NCBI GenBank assembly: GCA_963771175.1
Contig: CAVYSY010000026.1
Coordinates: 544,001 to 608,000, forward strand
DNA from: an uncultured delta proteobacterium
GTDB taxonomy: Bacteria > Myxococcota > Myxococcia > Myxococcales > Myxococcaceae
Reading direction: 5' to 3'
DNA length: 64,000 nucleotides
Part shown: positions 1-10,868 of the stretch, piece by piece
Position numbering within the stretch: position 1 is the stretch's first letter
How the letters are laid out: each line of letters opens with the position of its first letter
Translations under genes and position numbers: made by a program
The notes under the pieces: model-generated
Seen by the model: only the letters and a program-made list of their open reading frames with translations
Told to the model about the DNA's origin: nothing
The model's database searches: none

Positions 1-206
1 TGGTGTTGAGGCCCCAGCCGCCACAGCCAAGAGAACCCCTGCCGCGCCCCTTCTGGGAGGGCGGCCTGGGCCGGCGTGTACCCCAAGGGGGCTGCGCGGC
101 CTCTGCACCGGCCGGGCGCACAACTCGGGCGGCCTCCATCAGCGGCCCTCCTCGGCCCCTCGGCACCTGCCCTCCTCCCTCAACAGGCCTTCAATCCGTC
201 CTATGC

Positions 207-608
207 TCCGAGTTCTACGTGGACGGCGAGCTGCGATTCACGGACACGGGCACGGACAACCCCTTCCATTTCGGCGGCGAGCACAACCGCTGGGACACCA
301 CGGGGCTGGCGCCGGGTGGGCACCTGGTGCGCTTCGTCGTGGTGGACAGTGCGGGGATGCAGGACCATGCCGAGGTGAAGGTGTGCGTCGGTGACGGGAA
401 CTGCGAGCTATCGCAGCCGGACGCCGGGCCGGGCCAGCCTTCGTCCGTCGATGCGCAGGGGGGCTGCGGCTGCGGTGCGGCTCCGGTGGCTCCGCTCGCG
501 TGGCTGGCGCTGGGCGCGCTGGGCGCGCGGGCGCGGGCGCGCTGGCGCTCCGGCGGAGGCGGGCGCGTGAGGAGTGATTCATACCGCCACTCTCTCGGTG
601 ACGGATGA
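207..608 (+). pseudogene. 3' remnant of a surface protein: Ig-like domain plus MYXO-CTERM-like sorting tail
   Basis: EFYVDGELRFTD...WDTTGLAPGGHLVRFVVVDSAG (Ig-like), then GGCGCGAAPVAPLAWLALGALG-RARARWR (Cys motif, TM, basic tail). Upstream in-frame sequence does not look coding and has no credible start; the window edge limits certainty. Confidence 0.55.
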
Positions 609-859
609 ACGCGGCGCCACCTGCTCCGGCACCGTCACCCTCTCGGTGCTCGCGGACTTGAGGACGAATGGGTCTCGCGGCCTCGGCCGAAAAATAGAAA
701 CCGGAGTGGAGGCGGCGAGAATCGAACCCTCAGACAAGGCGATGGAAAACCCCAGGCAGGACACGCCGGCCCCTCTGCACCCTCCCTCCCCTTCAAGCTC
801 CCGGGGCCGCTCTGGCTCTCGTATTTCTGACCGGCGGCACTCCCTGCCATCCCGAACGC

Positions 860-2311
860 CTACGGAGCCGTCCCGCTGTTGTTGGCGAACCTGAACACCA
901 TGATGGAGCCTGGATTGGCGAGCACGTCGGTGGCACCGCCATTGGCGTCCTGGGTGAATCCGGCGGAATCCGTAGCGATGTAGAAGGTCCGGTTGTCGGG
1001 GCCGATCGCGAGGTCGCGGTAGCGGTTCACGGTGTCGAAGAGCTGGTCCATGTCCCGGACGCCCTGACCGTCGCCGCTCAGCTTGAAGCGGTACAGCGTG
1101 CCGTTCTTGAGCGACGTGACCAACAAGGAGCCACCCCAACCCGGAATCGCCCCGTCCTGTGGATAGTAGTCCACGCTCGACGGCGCAATGGAGGGCCGAC
1201 AGATGAAGAACGTCTCACCACAGGTCTCGTCCTCGAAATCGTAACCGTTCGGCACGGTGTACAGGGTCTTGATCGGCTCGACGAAGGCCTCCGTGTAGTC
1301 GGTCTCTTCGGCGCGGGGAACGCCCGCCGGGACACTCGCCGGGTCGGTCAGGTTCGTCCAGGTCAGCTCCTGGCAGTTGGGCGCCGCGGACCAGTTGACG
1401 TACGCATACGCCTGATTATCGCGGTACCCCGCGATGTGCGGCCACCCATAGTTGCCGCCTGCCCGGATGATGTTCAGCTCGTCATCGGCGTTGGCGGAGT
1501 GCTCGGCCTGGTAGAGCGTGCCGTCCGGCCCGAACACGATGCCTTGGGGATTGCGGTGGCCGTAGGTGTAGATGTGGCTCCGCACTCCGTTGAACATCGG
1601 GTTGTCCACCGGAATCGCGCCGTCCAGCTCCATCCGCAGAATCTTTCCCTTGTAGGCAGACCAGTCTGCGTTCTGGACCTCGCTGTCGGTCGGAAGTCTC
1701 TGCGCTTCGATGGGCTTGCAGAAGCTGGCGAACTGGTTCGCGCCTTGCTCACCCAGGGAATAGAAGAGTTTCCCGTCCGGACCGATCTTCAGGCGGCCAC
1801 CGTTGTGGTCATCGCCAGCTGGGATCCCCGAAATGAGCTCCCTCGGCTCGCTCAGCGTTTCAGCGTCGGGTTGGTAGGTGAAGCGCACAACCTTCGCGCG
1901 GGGATTGTCCTGTTCATTGCCATCCCCCGGAGTGCCGTCGTAAGTGTAGGCGACGTACACGTAGTCGTTCCCGGAGCCGGCGAGCAGCTCTGGGTGAAGC
2001 GCCATCCCGAGCAAGCCCTGGTGCTGCACGTCGACCAGGACTTCGCCGATGGTGACGGCCACTCGCGTTGTCCCGGATTCAGGGTCTATCCGCGTGACCC
2101 TCCGTCCGGCCCGCTCCGTCACCCAGAGCATGTCGTCCGGTCCCCAGGTCACCTCCCACGGACCTTCGAGCCCGCTGACCAGCACTCGAGCTGGCAACTC
2201 CGGATCCGATGGCTGCTGGCCAGCAGCACTCTCGGTCGGTTGTGGTTTGGCTGGTGCAACTTGACCGCAAGCGACCAGCGAAAACAGAGCCAAGGTCAGA
2301 ATCGTTCTCAT
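860..2311 (-). CDS. PQQ-dependent glucose/sorbosone dehydrogenase (soluble GDH-B family), lipoprotein
   Basis: Lipobox LVAC; motifs GLEGPWEV, GLLGMALHP, HNGGRLKIGPDGKL, YTYGHRNPQG, GGNYGWP, NRYRDL. Confidence 0.9.
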   Translation of the reverse strand: MRTILTLALFSLVACGQVAPAKPQPTESAAGQQPSDPELPARVLVSGLEGPWEVTWGPDDMLWVTERAGRRVTRIDPESGTTRVAVTIGEVLVDVQHQGLLGMALHPELLAGSGNDYVYVAYTYDGTPGDGNEQDNPRAKVVRFTYQPDAETLSEPRELISGIPAGDDHNGGRLKIGPDGKLFYSLGEQGANQFASFCKPIEAQRLPTDSEVQNADWSAYKGKILRMELDGAIPVDNPMFNGVRSHIYTYGHRNPQGIVFGPDGTLYQAEHSANADDELNIIRAGGNYGWPHIAGYRDNQAYAYVNWSAAPNCQELTWTNLTDPASVPAGVPRAEETDYTEAFVEPIKTLYTVPNGYDFEDETCGETFFICRPSIAPSSVDYYPQDGAIPGWGGSLLVTSLKNGTLYRFKLSGDGQGVRDMDQLFDTVNRYRDLAIGPDNRTFYIATDSAGFTQDANGGATDVLANPGSIMVFRFANNSGTAP

Positions 2312-2541
2312 CGTGGTGACTCCGCTGCGGAGGGGGGATGCAATTCCACTCGATGCCCTCGCCGCGATTCATAGGCCTTGCTGAGTCAAGCTGGGGCTTG
2401 CCGCGCGTGGCAGCTAGCGTCCTGCCGTCAGTGCTCCATGGCGACCAGCGAACACTCAACGCGATGAATATTGGGTAACGGAGCAGTTCCTGCGCGAACT
2501 CTTAGCTTGCGCTGGACGCTCCGCGTGCTCACTCTCGACGA

Positions 2542-4290
2542 ATGAGCAGGATGGCGCGCTTCGTCCCCGCCGTGCGGTGGTTGGGCAGGTACGAACCCAG
2601 GTTCATAGCGCGAGATCTCGCCGGTGGGCTGGCCGTCGGCTCCATGCTTATCCCGCAAGGGCTGGCGTTCGCGCAGATCGTCCAGGTGCCCCCAGTGGCG
2701 GGGCTGTGGTCCGGCATCGCCGCGATGATCGCCTACGCGCTGTGCGGCCCGTCCCGGCACCTCATGGTCGGTCCAGAGGCGGGCACGGCGACGATGGTCG
2801 CTGCCGTGCTCACTACGGCGGGGATGGAATCACCGGAGCAGCGGCTGAGGGGCGCGGCGCTGCTGGCCATCATGGTCGGTGCCGTGCTCGTCATCGCCGG
2901 CAGCTTCCGGCTCGGCGCGATCTCCGACTTCCTCTCCCGGCCGATCCTCGTCGGCTACATCAATGGGGTCGCGCTGGTGCTGATCGCCTCGCAGCTCCCG
3001 GGGGTGCTTGGCATCCGAAGCACGGAGAACGACTTCATTCGGCAGGTCGTGGAGATCACCTCGGAGTTCGGAGACGTGCACTGGCCCACCCTCTGGCTGT
3101 CCGCCTTCGCGCTGGTGTTCCTCCTCGCCTTTCGCCGCCTCCTCCCCAAGCTCCCCGGTGCGGTCGTGGTGGTGACAGCGGGGATCATCCTGTCCGCTTT
3201 GCTCGACTTTCACGCCCGCGGCATCCGGGTGCTCGGGCACATCGAGCAAGGCCTGCCCCGGATTGGGCTTCCCGAGGTGCCGGCCGGCTCAATCCTGGGG
3301 CTCGTCCCCGGTGCTCTGAGCATCGCGCTGCTCATCTATGCGAGCTCAGCGCTGACCAGCCGCATCTTTGCGGACAAGAACCGCTACGAGTTCAAAGCCA
3401 ACAGCGAGCTCTTTGGGCTCGCGGCGGCCAACTTCGCAACGGGCCTCATCCACGGCGTACCCGTCGCCGGGAGCGACGCGCGCACCGCCATCAACGATGC
3501 GGCCGGCTCGCGGACGCAGGCTGCCGGACTGATCGCCTCCGCGGTTGTCGCCACCATCATCTTCCTCCTCGCCCCGGTGATGAACCTGCTGCCGAACGCC
3601 GTGCTCGGCACGGTAGTGATCGCCTCGGCGATCTCGCTCTTCGACCTGCGCGGCTTCGTGCGCATCTGGCGGGTGCGCATGCTGGAGGGCTTCCTCGCGG
3701 TGGCGACGTTCGTGGGCGTGTTGGTCTTCGGCATCCTCCCCGGCGTGCTGGTGGCGGTGGCGCTCGCGGTCGGCGATCTGGTCCGGCGCGCTGCGCACCC
3801 ACATGACGCGGTGCTGGGGCGGCTCAGGGGGAGGCCCGGCTACCACGACATCGAGCATCGGCCGGGCAGTGAGACGCTGCCAGGGCTCATCATCTACCGC
3901 ATCGACGCGCCGCTGTTCTTCGCCAACGCGCGTTTCCTCCGCGAACAAGTCCACAAGCTCATCGACATCGCCCAGGCGCCGGTGCGGATGGTCGTCCTCG
4001 ACTGCGGTGCGATGTTCGACCTGGATGTCACCGCGGCGGAGACGCTGGAGGAGCTCGACCGCGAATTCGACGAGCGCGGCATCACGCTGGCCCTGGCGGA
4101 GCCCCACGCGCCGATGCGACGCGTGCTTCGCCGGTCGGGGCTGCTCCAGAAGCTCGGCCAGGCGAACATCTTCTCCACTGTGGGCGAGTCAATCCGCGCC
4201 TACGTCGAGCGCGCGGAGACAGATCTCGGGCGGGACATCGACTGGCAGCGCGTCGACGAACCACCTCGCCCGAGTGGAGGACCGCCATGA
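2542..4290 (+). CDS. SulP family anion permease with C-terminal STAS domain
   Basis: DLAGGLAVGSMLIPQGLAFA, FLSRPILVGYINGVAL, many TM helices, STAS YRIDAPLFFANA...DVTAAETL. Confidence 0.93.
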   Translation: MSRMARFVPAVRWLGRYEPRFIARDLAGGLAVGSMLIPQGLAFAQIVQVPPVAGLWSGIAAMIAYALCGPSRHLMVGPEAGTATMVAAVLTTAGMESPEQRLRGAALLAIMVGAVLVIAGSFRLGAISDFLSRPILVGYINGVALVLIASQLPGVLGIRSTENDFIRQVVEITSEFGDVHWPTLWLSAFALVFLLAFRRLLPKLPGAVVVVTAGIILSALLDFHARGIRVLGHIEQGLPRIGLPEVPAGSILGLVPGALSIALLIYASSALTSRIFADKNRYEFKANSELFGLAAANFATGLIHGVPVAGSDARTAINDAAGSRTQAAGLIASAVVATIIFLLAPVMNLLPNAVLGTVVIASAISLFDLRGFVRIWRVRMLEGFLAVATFVGVLVFGILPGVLVAVALAVGDLVRRAAHPHDAVLGRLRGRPGYHDIEHRPGSETLPGLIIYRIDAPLFFANARFLREQVHKLIDIAQAPVRMVVLDCGAMFDLDVTAAETLEELDREFDERGITLALAEPHAPMRRVLRRSGLLQKLGQANIFSTVGESIRAYVERAETDLGRDIDWQRVDEPPRPSGGPP

Positions 4291-4487
4291 CGCTCAATGA
4301 TCACCCGGTCCTCGGAGCCATCCTCCGGCTGGGGCTTGCATTCCTGCGGGTGCTCCCGTTGGGATGGGCGCGCGAGCGACGGTCCCGCTCCGCTGGCCTG
4401 CGCTGCCCGCTGCGATCGCGCCGGCAGTAGAGGAGTGAGCCTGGGAGCGCGTGGAAGAGAGGCCACGCGTTTCGTAACCCTCTGGGG

Positions 4488-5135
4488 ATGCGTCAGGTGA
4501 AGCGATGGATCTTGCTCGAGGTGGTCGTCACCGCCACGGCCCTCCTGCCCGTGGCCGCGGCCGCGCAGGGCACCCGCCCGAAGCGTGACGTGTCCGAGAT
4601 CGCGCGTCAGTTCCAGAACCCCCTCCCGGACCTGATGAACGTGCGTTTCATCAATGACGTCGATCTCGGCGTCGGTGAGCTGCCCGACACCGACCTGCTC
4701 GTGCGCGTCAATGCCCTGCTGCCCGTTCGGCTCACGTCGAAGGTGAACCTCGTGGTGAACACGATCCTGCCCCTGCACTCCCGGCCGTCAGCCGAAGCGG
4801 AAGGCGAGCGGATCAATGGCGTAGGCAATGCGCTGCAGCACCTGCTCCTTGGGCCGACGCGCGCCGGGCGTTTCCTCTGGGCGTTCGGCCCCGCCTTCGA
4901 GCTGCCGACCGCCACCCGCCGCGAGCTGGAGACCGGGCGGCTGTCCGTCGGGCCGAGCGTGGTGCTGAGCTACCAGAGCCCTGCCTGGGGGCTTTCCCTC
5001 AACGGCTGGCATCTTCGTTCCGTGACGGGTCCGGACGGGGGGCTCCCCGTGAGCGTGCTCATCGCCTATCGCCTGCTCCGTCCCTTGGAGAGGCAGCCCA
5101 CTGGCCTGGCACCGGACGAAATCGAAAGGGCCTGA
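4488..5135 (+). CDS. Exported putative outer-membrane beta-barrel/'transporter' protein of sulfatase neighbourhoods, probably C-terminally truncated
   Basis: Signal peptide (AAAAQG), ARQFQNPL motif, WAFGPAFELPTAT, amphipathic strands; ends abruptly at 215 aa. Confidence 0.55.
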   Translation: MRQVKRWILLEVVVTATALLPVAAAAQGTRPKRDVSEIARQFQNPLPDLMNVRFINDVDLGVGELPDTDLLVRVNALLPVRLTSKVNLVVNTILPLHSRPSAEAEGERINGVGNALQHLLLGPTRAGRFLWAFGPAFELPTATRRELETGRLSVGPSVVLSYQSPAWGLSLNGWHLRSVTGPDGGLPVSVLIAYRLLRPLERQPTGLAPDEIERA

Positions 5136-5197
5136 ACACCCGGGGCCCTCGTGCGCAACGTGGTCCAGGGTCCACCCACCGCTTGAAGGAGCGCACC

Positions 5198-7562
5198 ATG
5201 CCAGGAAAGAAGCCGCCGTCTCTTCGTGGCATCAATCGCGACGTCTACCCCCGTCCCGAGTACCGTTTCTCGGGGGCGAAGATCGGGACGACCTACGAGG
5301 AGTCGAAGCCCGACTTTCCCCAGCTGCAGAAGGCGCCGGAGGGGGCGCCGAACATCGTGCTCGTGCTGCTCGACGACGTGGGGTTCGCCTGGCCGAGCAC
5401 CTATGGTGGTCTGGTGCGCACCCCGACGGCGGACCGTCTGGGCGGCATCGGGCTGACGTACTGCCAGTTCCACACCACCGCCCTGTGCGCTCCCACCCGC
5501 GCTGCGCTGCTCACCGGCCGCAACCACCACTCCGTCTCCACCGGGATCGTGGCGGAGATGGCCACGGGCTATCCGGGCTACAGCGGCATTCTGCCGAAGA
5601 GCTGCGCCACCATCGGTGAGCTGCTCTCGCCAAACGGCTACGCCACCGCGTGGTTCGGCAAGAACCACAACGTCCCCGATTCGCAGACGAGCGCCGCCGG
5701 GCCCTTCGACTACTGGCCGCATCGGCGCGGCTTCGACTACTTCTACGGCTTCGTCGGCGGCGAGACGGACCAGTTCTACCCGGCCCTCTTCCGCAACACG
5801 ACGCCGGTCGACGTGCCGCGGAAGCCGGAGGAGGGCTACCAGCTCACCACCGACCTCGCAGACGACTGCATCCAGTGGATGCGCACCCAGAAGGCGATTG
5901 CGCCCGAGCGTCCGCTCTTCGTCCACTTCGCGCCCGCCGCCGCGCACGGTCCGCACCAGCCGCCGCTGGCGTGGCGCGGTCGCAACAAGGGCCGCTTCGA
6001 CATGGGTTGGGACCACTACCGCGAGGAGACGTTGAAGCGGCAGATCGCGCTGGGGGTGGTGCCGAAGGGCACCAAGCTCACGCCCCGCCCCGAGGGGATC
6101 CCGGCCTGGGACAGCTTCAGCCCCGAGGAGCAGCGGCTGCTCTCGCTGCAGGCGGAGATCTACGCCGACTACCTCGAGCACTGCGACTACGAGGTCGGCC
6201 GCCTGGTGCAGACCCTCGAGGAGCTGGGCGAGTTCGACAACACGCTCTTCATCTACATCCTGGGCGACAACGGCTCGAGCGCGGAGGGCGGCCTCGAGGG
6301 CACGATCAACGAAGGCACCACGATGCAGGGCCTCTCCCCGTCGCTCGAGGACAGCCGCCGGTTCGAGAAGGACTGGGGGATGCCCGGCACCTGGCCGCAC
6401 TTCGCGGTGGGCTGGGCGTGGGCGGGCGACACCCCGTTCCAGTGGACGAAGCAGGTCGCATCCCACTTCGGCGGCACCCGCAACGGGATGGTGGTGAGCT
6501 GGCCGTCGTGGATCGCGGACAGGGGCGAGCGCCGCTTCCAGTTCCACCACGTCATCGACATCGTTCCGACGATCCTCGAGGTGGTGGGGATCGCCGAGCC
6601 GTCGATGGTGAACGGCGTGCCGCAGAAGCCGATCGAGGGCGTGAGCATGGCCTACACCTTCGACCGCGCGAACGCCGAGGCGAAGAGCACCCGCACGACG
6701 CAGTACTTCGAGATGCTGGGGAACCGTGCGCTCTACAAGGACGGGTGGATCGCCAGTTGCCGGCACGGGCGCCTGCCGTGGGAGACTTCCGGCTCGGCGG
6801 ACTTCGCGAAGGACACCTGGGAGCTCTACGACATCGAGGAGGACTTCAGCCAGTCCGAGGACCTCGCGGCGAAACATCCCGACAAGCTGCGCGAGCTGCA
6901 GGATCAGTTCCTCATCGAGGCGGCGAAGTACAACGTGTTCCCGCTCGACGATCGCTTCAGCGAGCGCGCGGATCCTTCGCTGCGCCCGAGCCACTACTCC
7001 GGCCGTTCGGACCTGACCTTCTACCCGGGGATGGTCCGCCTGCCCGAGGGCAGCGCGCCGCGGTTCTCCAACGTGAACCACTCGATCGACGTGTTCGCGG
7101 AGCTCTCCGAGGACTCGCGCGGCGTGTTGATCTGCATGGGCGGCGACATGGCCGGGTGGACCCTCTTCGTCGACGACGATCGGCGGCTTCGCTACCACTA
7201 CAACGCGTTCACCTTCGACCGCTACGACGTGATCTCGCAGGACCCGCTGCCCACCGGCCGCGTCGAGCTCAGGCTCGAGTTCCAGTGCGAGGACGCGCAG
7301 AAGCGGGGAGGCCCTGCCGACGTAAGGCTCTTCTGCAACGGGCGTCCCGTCGCGCAGGGCCGCATCGACAAGCAGGTCCCCGGGCGCTTCAGCGAGAGCC
7401 TCGACGTGGGCGAGGACAAGATGTCGCCCGTGTTCGCCGGCTATCGTGACCGCTTGCCCTTCCGCTTCACCGGGAAGCTGGAGCGCATCGAGGTGAAGCT
7501 GGGCGAGGGCGCCGAGCTGACGCGGGGTGAGCTGCTCCAGGAGCAGCTTGCACCACGACTGA
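5198..7562 (+). CDS. Arylsulfatase (Cys-type, formylglycine-dependent); true stop probably TGA 7560-7562 (an extra base near 7549 gives read-through to 7879)
   Basis: PNIVLVLLDDVG, LCAPTRAALLTGR (CxPxR), FGKNH, GDNG, WELYDIEEDFSQ. Removing one base gives EQLHHD-stop just before the GAGGAG RBS of the next gene. Confidence 0.9.
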
Positions 7563-7578
7563 CGCATGAGGAGCATCC

Positions 7579-8590
7579 ATGCCGAAGCGGCTCGAGCGAT
7601 GGCTGCCGGTCATCGGTTGGATCCGCCGCTATCGGCACCAGGACCTGCCTCCGGACCTGCTGGCGGGCCTCTACGCGCTCCTTCTGCCGATGGCCGCGTA
7701 TTTCCTCTTCGGCACCTCGCGCCGGCTCTCGCTTTCGCCGACCGCGCCTGGCGCCGTGCTCGTCCTGGCGACGGTGGCGCCGCTCGCGGGAGGCGATGCG
7801 GGGCGGTTCATCTCCCTGTCGATCCAGCTCACCGCGCTCACCGGGCTCCTCCTGGTGGGCGCGGGCCTGTTGCGCCTGAGTTACATCGCCTACTTCCTCT
7901 CGCAGCCCGTGCTGAATGGCTACCTCATCGGCGCGGGGCTGCTCATCACCTCGGGGGAGGTGACGGAGCTGCTAGGCGTGGAGGCGAGCGGCGGCACACT
8001 TCCGGCAGCGGTCCGCGCCGTCTCGAGCGCGCAGGATTCTCTGGACTGGACGACGGCAGCCGTCGGGGCGACCGCGCTCGGGCTGCTCGTGGTGCTGCGT
8101 CTGTTTCGCCGTCCACACCTCGGGCCCCTGCTGGCGGTGGGGCTCGCGACCGGGGTCGTTGGCGTCCTCGGGCTGGAACTGCCGTCGGTCGGCCGCATCG
8201 AGGGAGGTCTGCCGGCGTTCGCGCTGCCCGGGTTGCGGTGGTCGGAGAGGAGCGCTCTTCTTCCCCAACGCGGCGGCCGTAGGGGCGCGCGTTCACGTGG
8301 CCATCGAGGAGCCAGGCGCCGACCTCCGGCAGGTCGTCATCGATCTCCGCTACGTCCCGTACATCGACTTGACCGCCTGCCAGGAACTCCTCCATCTCCG
8401 GGACTGGCTCGTCGAGAGGCAGCAATTGCTGCTGCTCGCCCGACCTCAGCCAGACGTCGAGGCGAAGCTGCGACGCAGCGGCCTCGGCGAGGCGATCCTC
8501 CCGCGCTGGTCGAGGCTGCCCTTCAGGCCGGCGCATCGGACGCCCGGACAGTCGGATGCTTCGGAGAAGCCTCCGCCTCCTTACCGTTGA
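7579..8590 (+). pseudogene. Second SulP permease, internally deleted and frameshifted
   Basis: SulP N-terminus (DLLAGL, FGTSRRL, FLSQPVLNGYLIG) lacks conserved segments. It jumps near 8255-8265 into another frame carrying a STAS remnant (LFFPNA...VIDLRYVPYIDLTA). Confidence 0.75.
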
Positions 8591-8596
8591 GGCAGC

Positions 8597-9502
8597 ATGG
8601 AAGAGTTCCTTCAAGCACTGCTGGGCTTCATCGTGCCCTTCTTCGCCGTGGTCAGCATGGCGGGCGCGGGGCTGGGGCGATCGATTCGTGAGGTCACCCG
8701 TCCACTGCGGAGCCCCGCCTTCCTCGCCGCCGCGCTGATCGCCAACTTCGTGCTCGTGCCGGTCCTTGCCTACGGGATCGCCCGGCTGCTGAACCTGGAG
8801 GCGCCGTACGCGATCGGGCTCTTCCTGCTGGCCACCGTGGCGGGCGCGCCCTTTCTCGTGGCGCTCGTCCGCGCCGCGAAGACGGATCTCACCCTCGCCA
8901 CCGGGCTCCTGGTCACCTTGATGATCGGCACGATCATCTACATGCCGCTCGTGCTCCCGGCGGTGCTGCCGTGGGCCGAGGTTCGGGTCATGCAGATCGC
9001 GCCGTCATTGTTGCTCACGATGTTCCTCCCCCTGGTCGTCGGGCTGGTCGTGCACGCGGTGACGCCGCGCCTCTCAGCGAAGCTGGGACCCTTGTTCGGG
9101 CGGGCCTCACAGCTCTCCTTGATCATCCTGGTCGCGGCGACGTTCCTGCTGCACCTGCCGTCGGTCATCGGCATGGTGGGGTCGGGCGCCCTCGCCGCGG
9201 CGTTCCTGTTCACCCTCGGGGCCTTCCTCATCGGCTATACCCTCGGCGGGCGGAAGCCGAGTCATCGGGCCGTGCTGGGGCTGGCCACCGGGCAGCGCAG
9301 CGTCGCGGCGGCCACGATCGTCGCGACCCAGGTCTTCGAGCAGTCCGGACCGCTGGTGATGGTCGTGGTGTCGTCCCTGGTGGCGTTCGTGGTGCTCTTC
9401 CCCGCCGCGTACTTCCTGCGACGCAGCGGCGAGAGGCGGACCGCCCGACAGGTAGGCTTCGAGTCGCCTGGAACCGAAGGTGGGCGCTGGCGCAGAGCGT
9501 GA
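8597..9502 (+). CDS. Bile acid:sodium symporter (BASS) family transporter
   Basis: LIANFVLVP, AGAPF, LATGQRSVAAA; about 9 TM helices. Confidence 0.85.
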   Translation: MEEFLQALLGFIVPFFAVVSMAGAGLGRSIREVTRPLRSPAFLAAALIANFVLVPVLAYGIARLLNLEAPYAIGLFLLATVAGAPFLVALVRAAKTDLTLATGLLVTLMIGTIIYMPLVLPAVLPWAEVRVMQIAPSLLLTMFLPLVVGLVVHAVTPRLSAKLGPLFGRASQLSLIILVAATFLLHLPSVIGMVGSGALAAAFLFTLGAFLIGYTLGGRKPSHRAVLGLATGQRSVAAATIVATQVFEQSGPLVMVVVSSLVAFVVLFPAAYFLRRSGERRTARQVGFESPGTEGGRWRRA

Positions 9503-10563
9503 TGATTCCCGACATCCTCGAAGCCACGATCCCCGAACGACTCCTGGCGCTGCTCACGGTGCTGGTGATCGCACTGATCACCTTCTTTCTGGCGCGATGG
9601 ATCGGCCGACGGTTGAAGGGCCGGACCCGGCTGGGGCTGCGCGGCCTCGATCGGCTGGCGGAGCCCGTGACGTTGTTCGTGATCGCGGCGAGCGCCGCCC
9701 TGTTGATGGTCCCCATCGCCATCGACCCGGAGGTGCTCTCGTTTGCAGCCGAGGTGGTGGCGATCTTCGCCGCCTTCTGGTTCTTCTCGCGGGCCCTCGA
9801 GGTGCTCTGGACGACGGGGGAGCACAGCGCGCGGCTGCGGCACAACGCCGTGGCGCGCGCCGCGGTCATGTCGGCGCGACACCTCGGGAAGGTGATCGTC
9901 TGGGTGAGCGCCGCACTCACGATGGCCGTGAAGTTCGGCGCCACGGGCCAGCTCTACCTGCTGCTCGGTGGTCTCGGCGCAGGCCTGGCGCTCGCCGCCC
10001 GGGATCCCATCCGCAACGCCTTCGCGTTCGCCAACATGCTCGTCGACCCGCCGTTCCGGCTCGGAGACCGGGTTCGCATGGAGGAGTTCCGCGGGGGCGT
10101 CGCCGCCGAGGGCACGGTGCTCTCCATCTCCCTGTCGGCGGTCACGCTCGAGACGCCCCGGCATACGCGGGTGGTCGTCTCGAATGTGCGGGTGGGGGAG
10201 CTGCGCGTGGAGAACCTCTCCGTGGCCGACCGTCGCCGGCTGGAGCTGGTCGTCCCCGTTCCCACCGAGCTGTCGACGGAGGCGCTGCGCACCGCGTGCG
10301 ACGAGATCGAGTCGGACCTGCGGGCGCACCCGCACGTTTCCGATACCCACCCCCCACACGTCTGGATCTCCGGCGCCTCGGGGGGGCTCCAGCTCAAGGC
10401 ATCGCTCTGGCTGCGGAAGGCCTCCCGCCGTCGCGAGACCCAGCGGGAGCTGCTGCTGCTGATCCGCGAACGACTCGAGCAGCACTTGAGGCAGGGCAGG
10501 GAGGCTCCGGCCTCGACGAGACGTCCAGCGATCTCGATGGTGCGTCGACCCGAGCCCGTGTGA
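9502..10563 (+). CDS. Small-conductance mechanosensitive channel (MscS family)
   Basis: ATG overlaps upstream stop (TGATG); TM helices, LALAARDPIRN, PFRLGDRV, VENLS. Confidence 0.82.
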   Translation: MIPDILEATIPERLLALLTVLVIALITFFLARWIGRRLKGRTRLGLRGLDRLAEPVTLFVIAASAALLMVPIAIDPEVLSFAAEVVAIFAAFWFFSRALEVLWTTGEHSARLRHNAVARAAVMSARHLGKVIVWVSAALTMAVKFGATGQLYLLLGGLGAGLALAARDPIRNAFAFANMLVDPPFRLGDRVRMEEFRGGVAAEGTVLSISLSAVTLETPRHTRVVVSNVRVGELRVENLSVADRRRLELVVPVPTELSTEALRTACDEIESDLRAHPHVSDTHPPHVWISGASGGLQLKASLWLRKASRRRETQRELLLLIRERLEQHLRQGREAPASTRRPAISMVRRPEPV

Positions 10564-10868
10564 GGGACTGCTCCCCAGAAGGTCCACCGGCCCGCGCGGT
10601 CTTTCCCATGCTCACCCACGACTTCGAGAACCACAGCAACCAGCGCGCAGGCGTCCTCGACTTCTTCGCGGGTGTCTTCGAGCCAGCGATGGAAGGCATT
10701 GTCCAGTGGGATGCGAAGCATCCATCGGGCGATGCACGCTGACTCAGCCTCGCCACTCGCCGGAGCCCTGGCGCGGTAACCCGGTGGAGAGGCCGGGCAA
10801 TCGGAGGAGCAGGCCGCGCGCGTGGCGCTGGACCCTGAGCCTGGCCACCTCTGGCCGTGAGCGCCTCC

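Noticed and set aside
508..550. GCGCTGGGC-type short tandem repeats
   Set aside because: Low-complexity coding of the Ala/Leu/Gly/Arg membrane tail
4325..4341. sigma54-like CCGGCTGGGGCTTGCA upstream of the barrel gene
   Set aside because: GG-to-GC spacing is 9, not the required 10
5066..7576. 836-aa minus-strand ORF, and similar long antisense ORFs (12877-15015, 30374-32443, 40269-42674, 52746-55700)
   Set aside because: Shadow ORFs opposite well-supported genes; expected from high GC3 bias and lacking motifs
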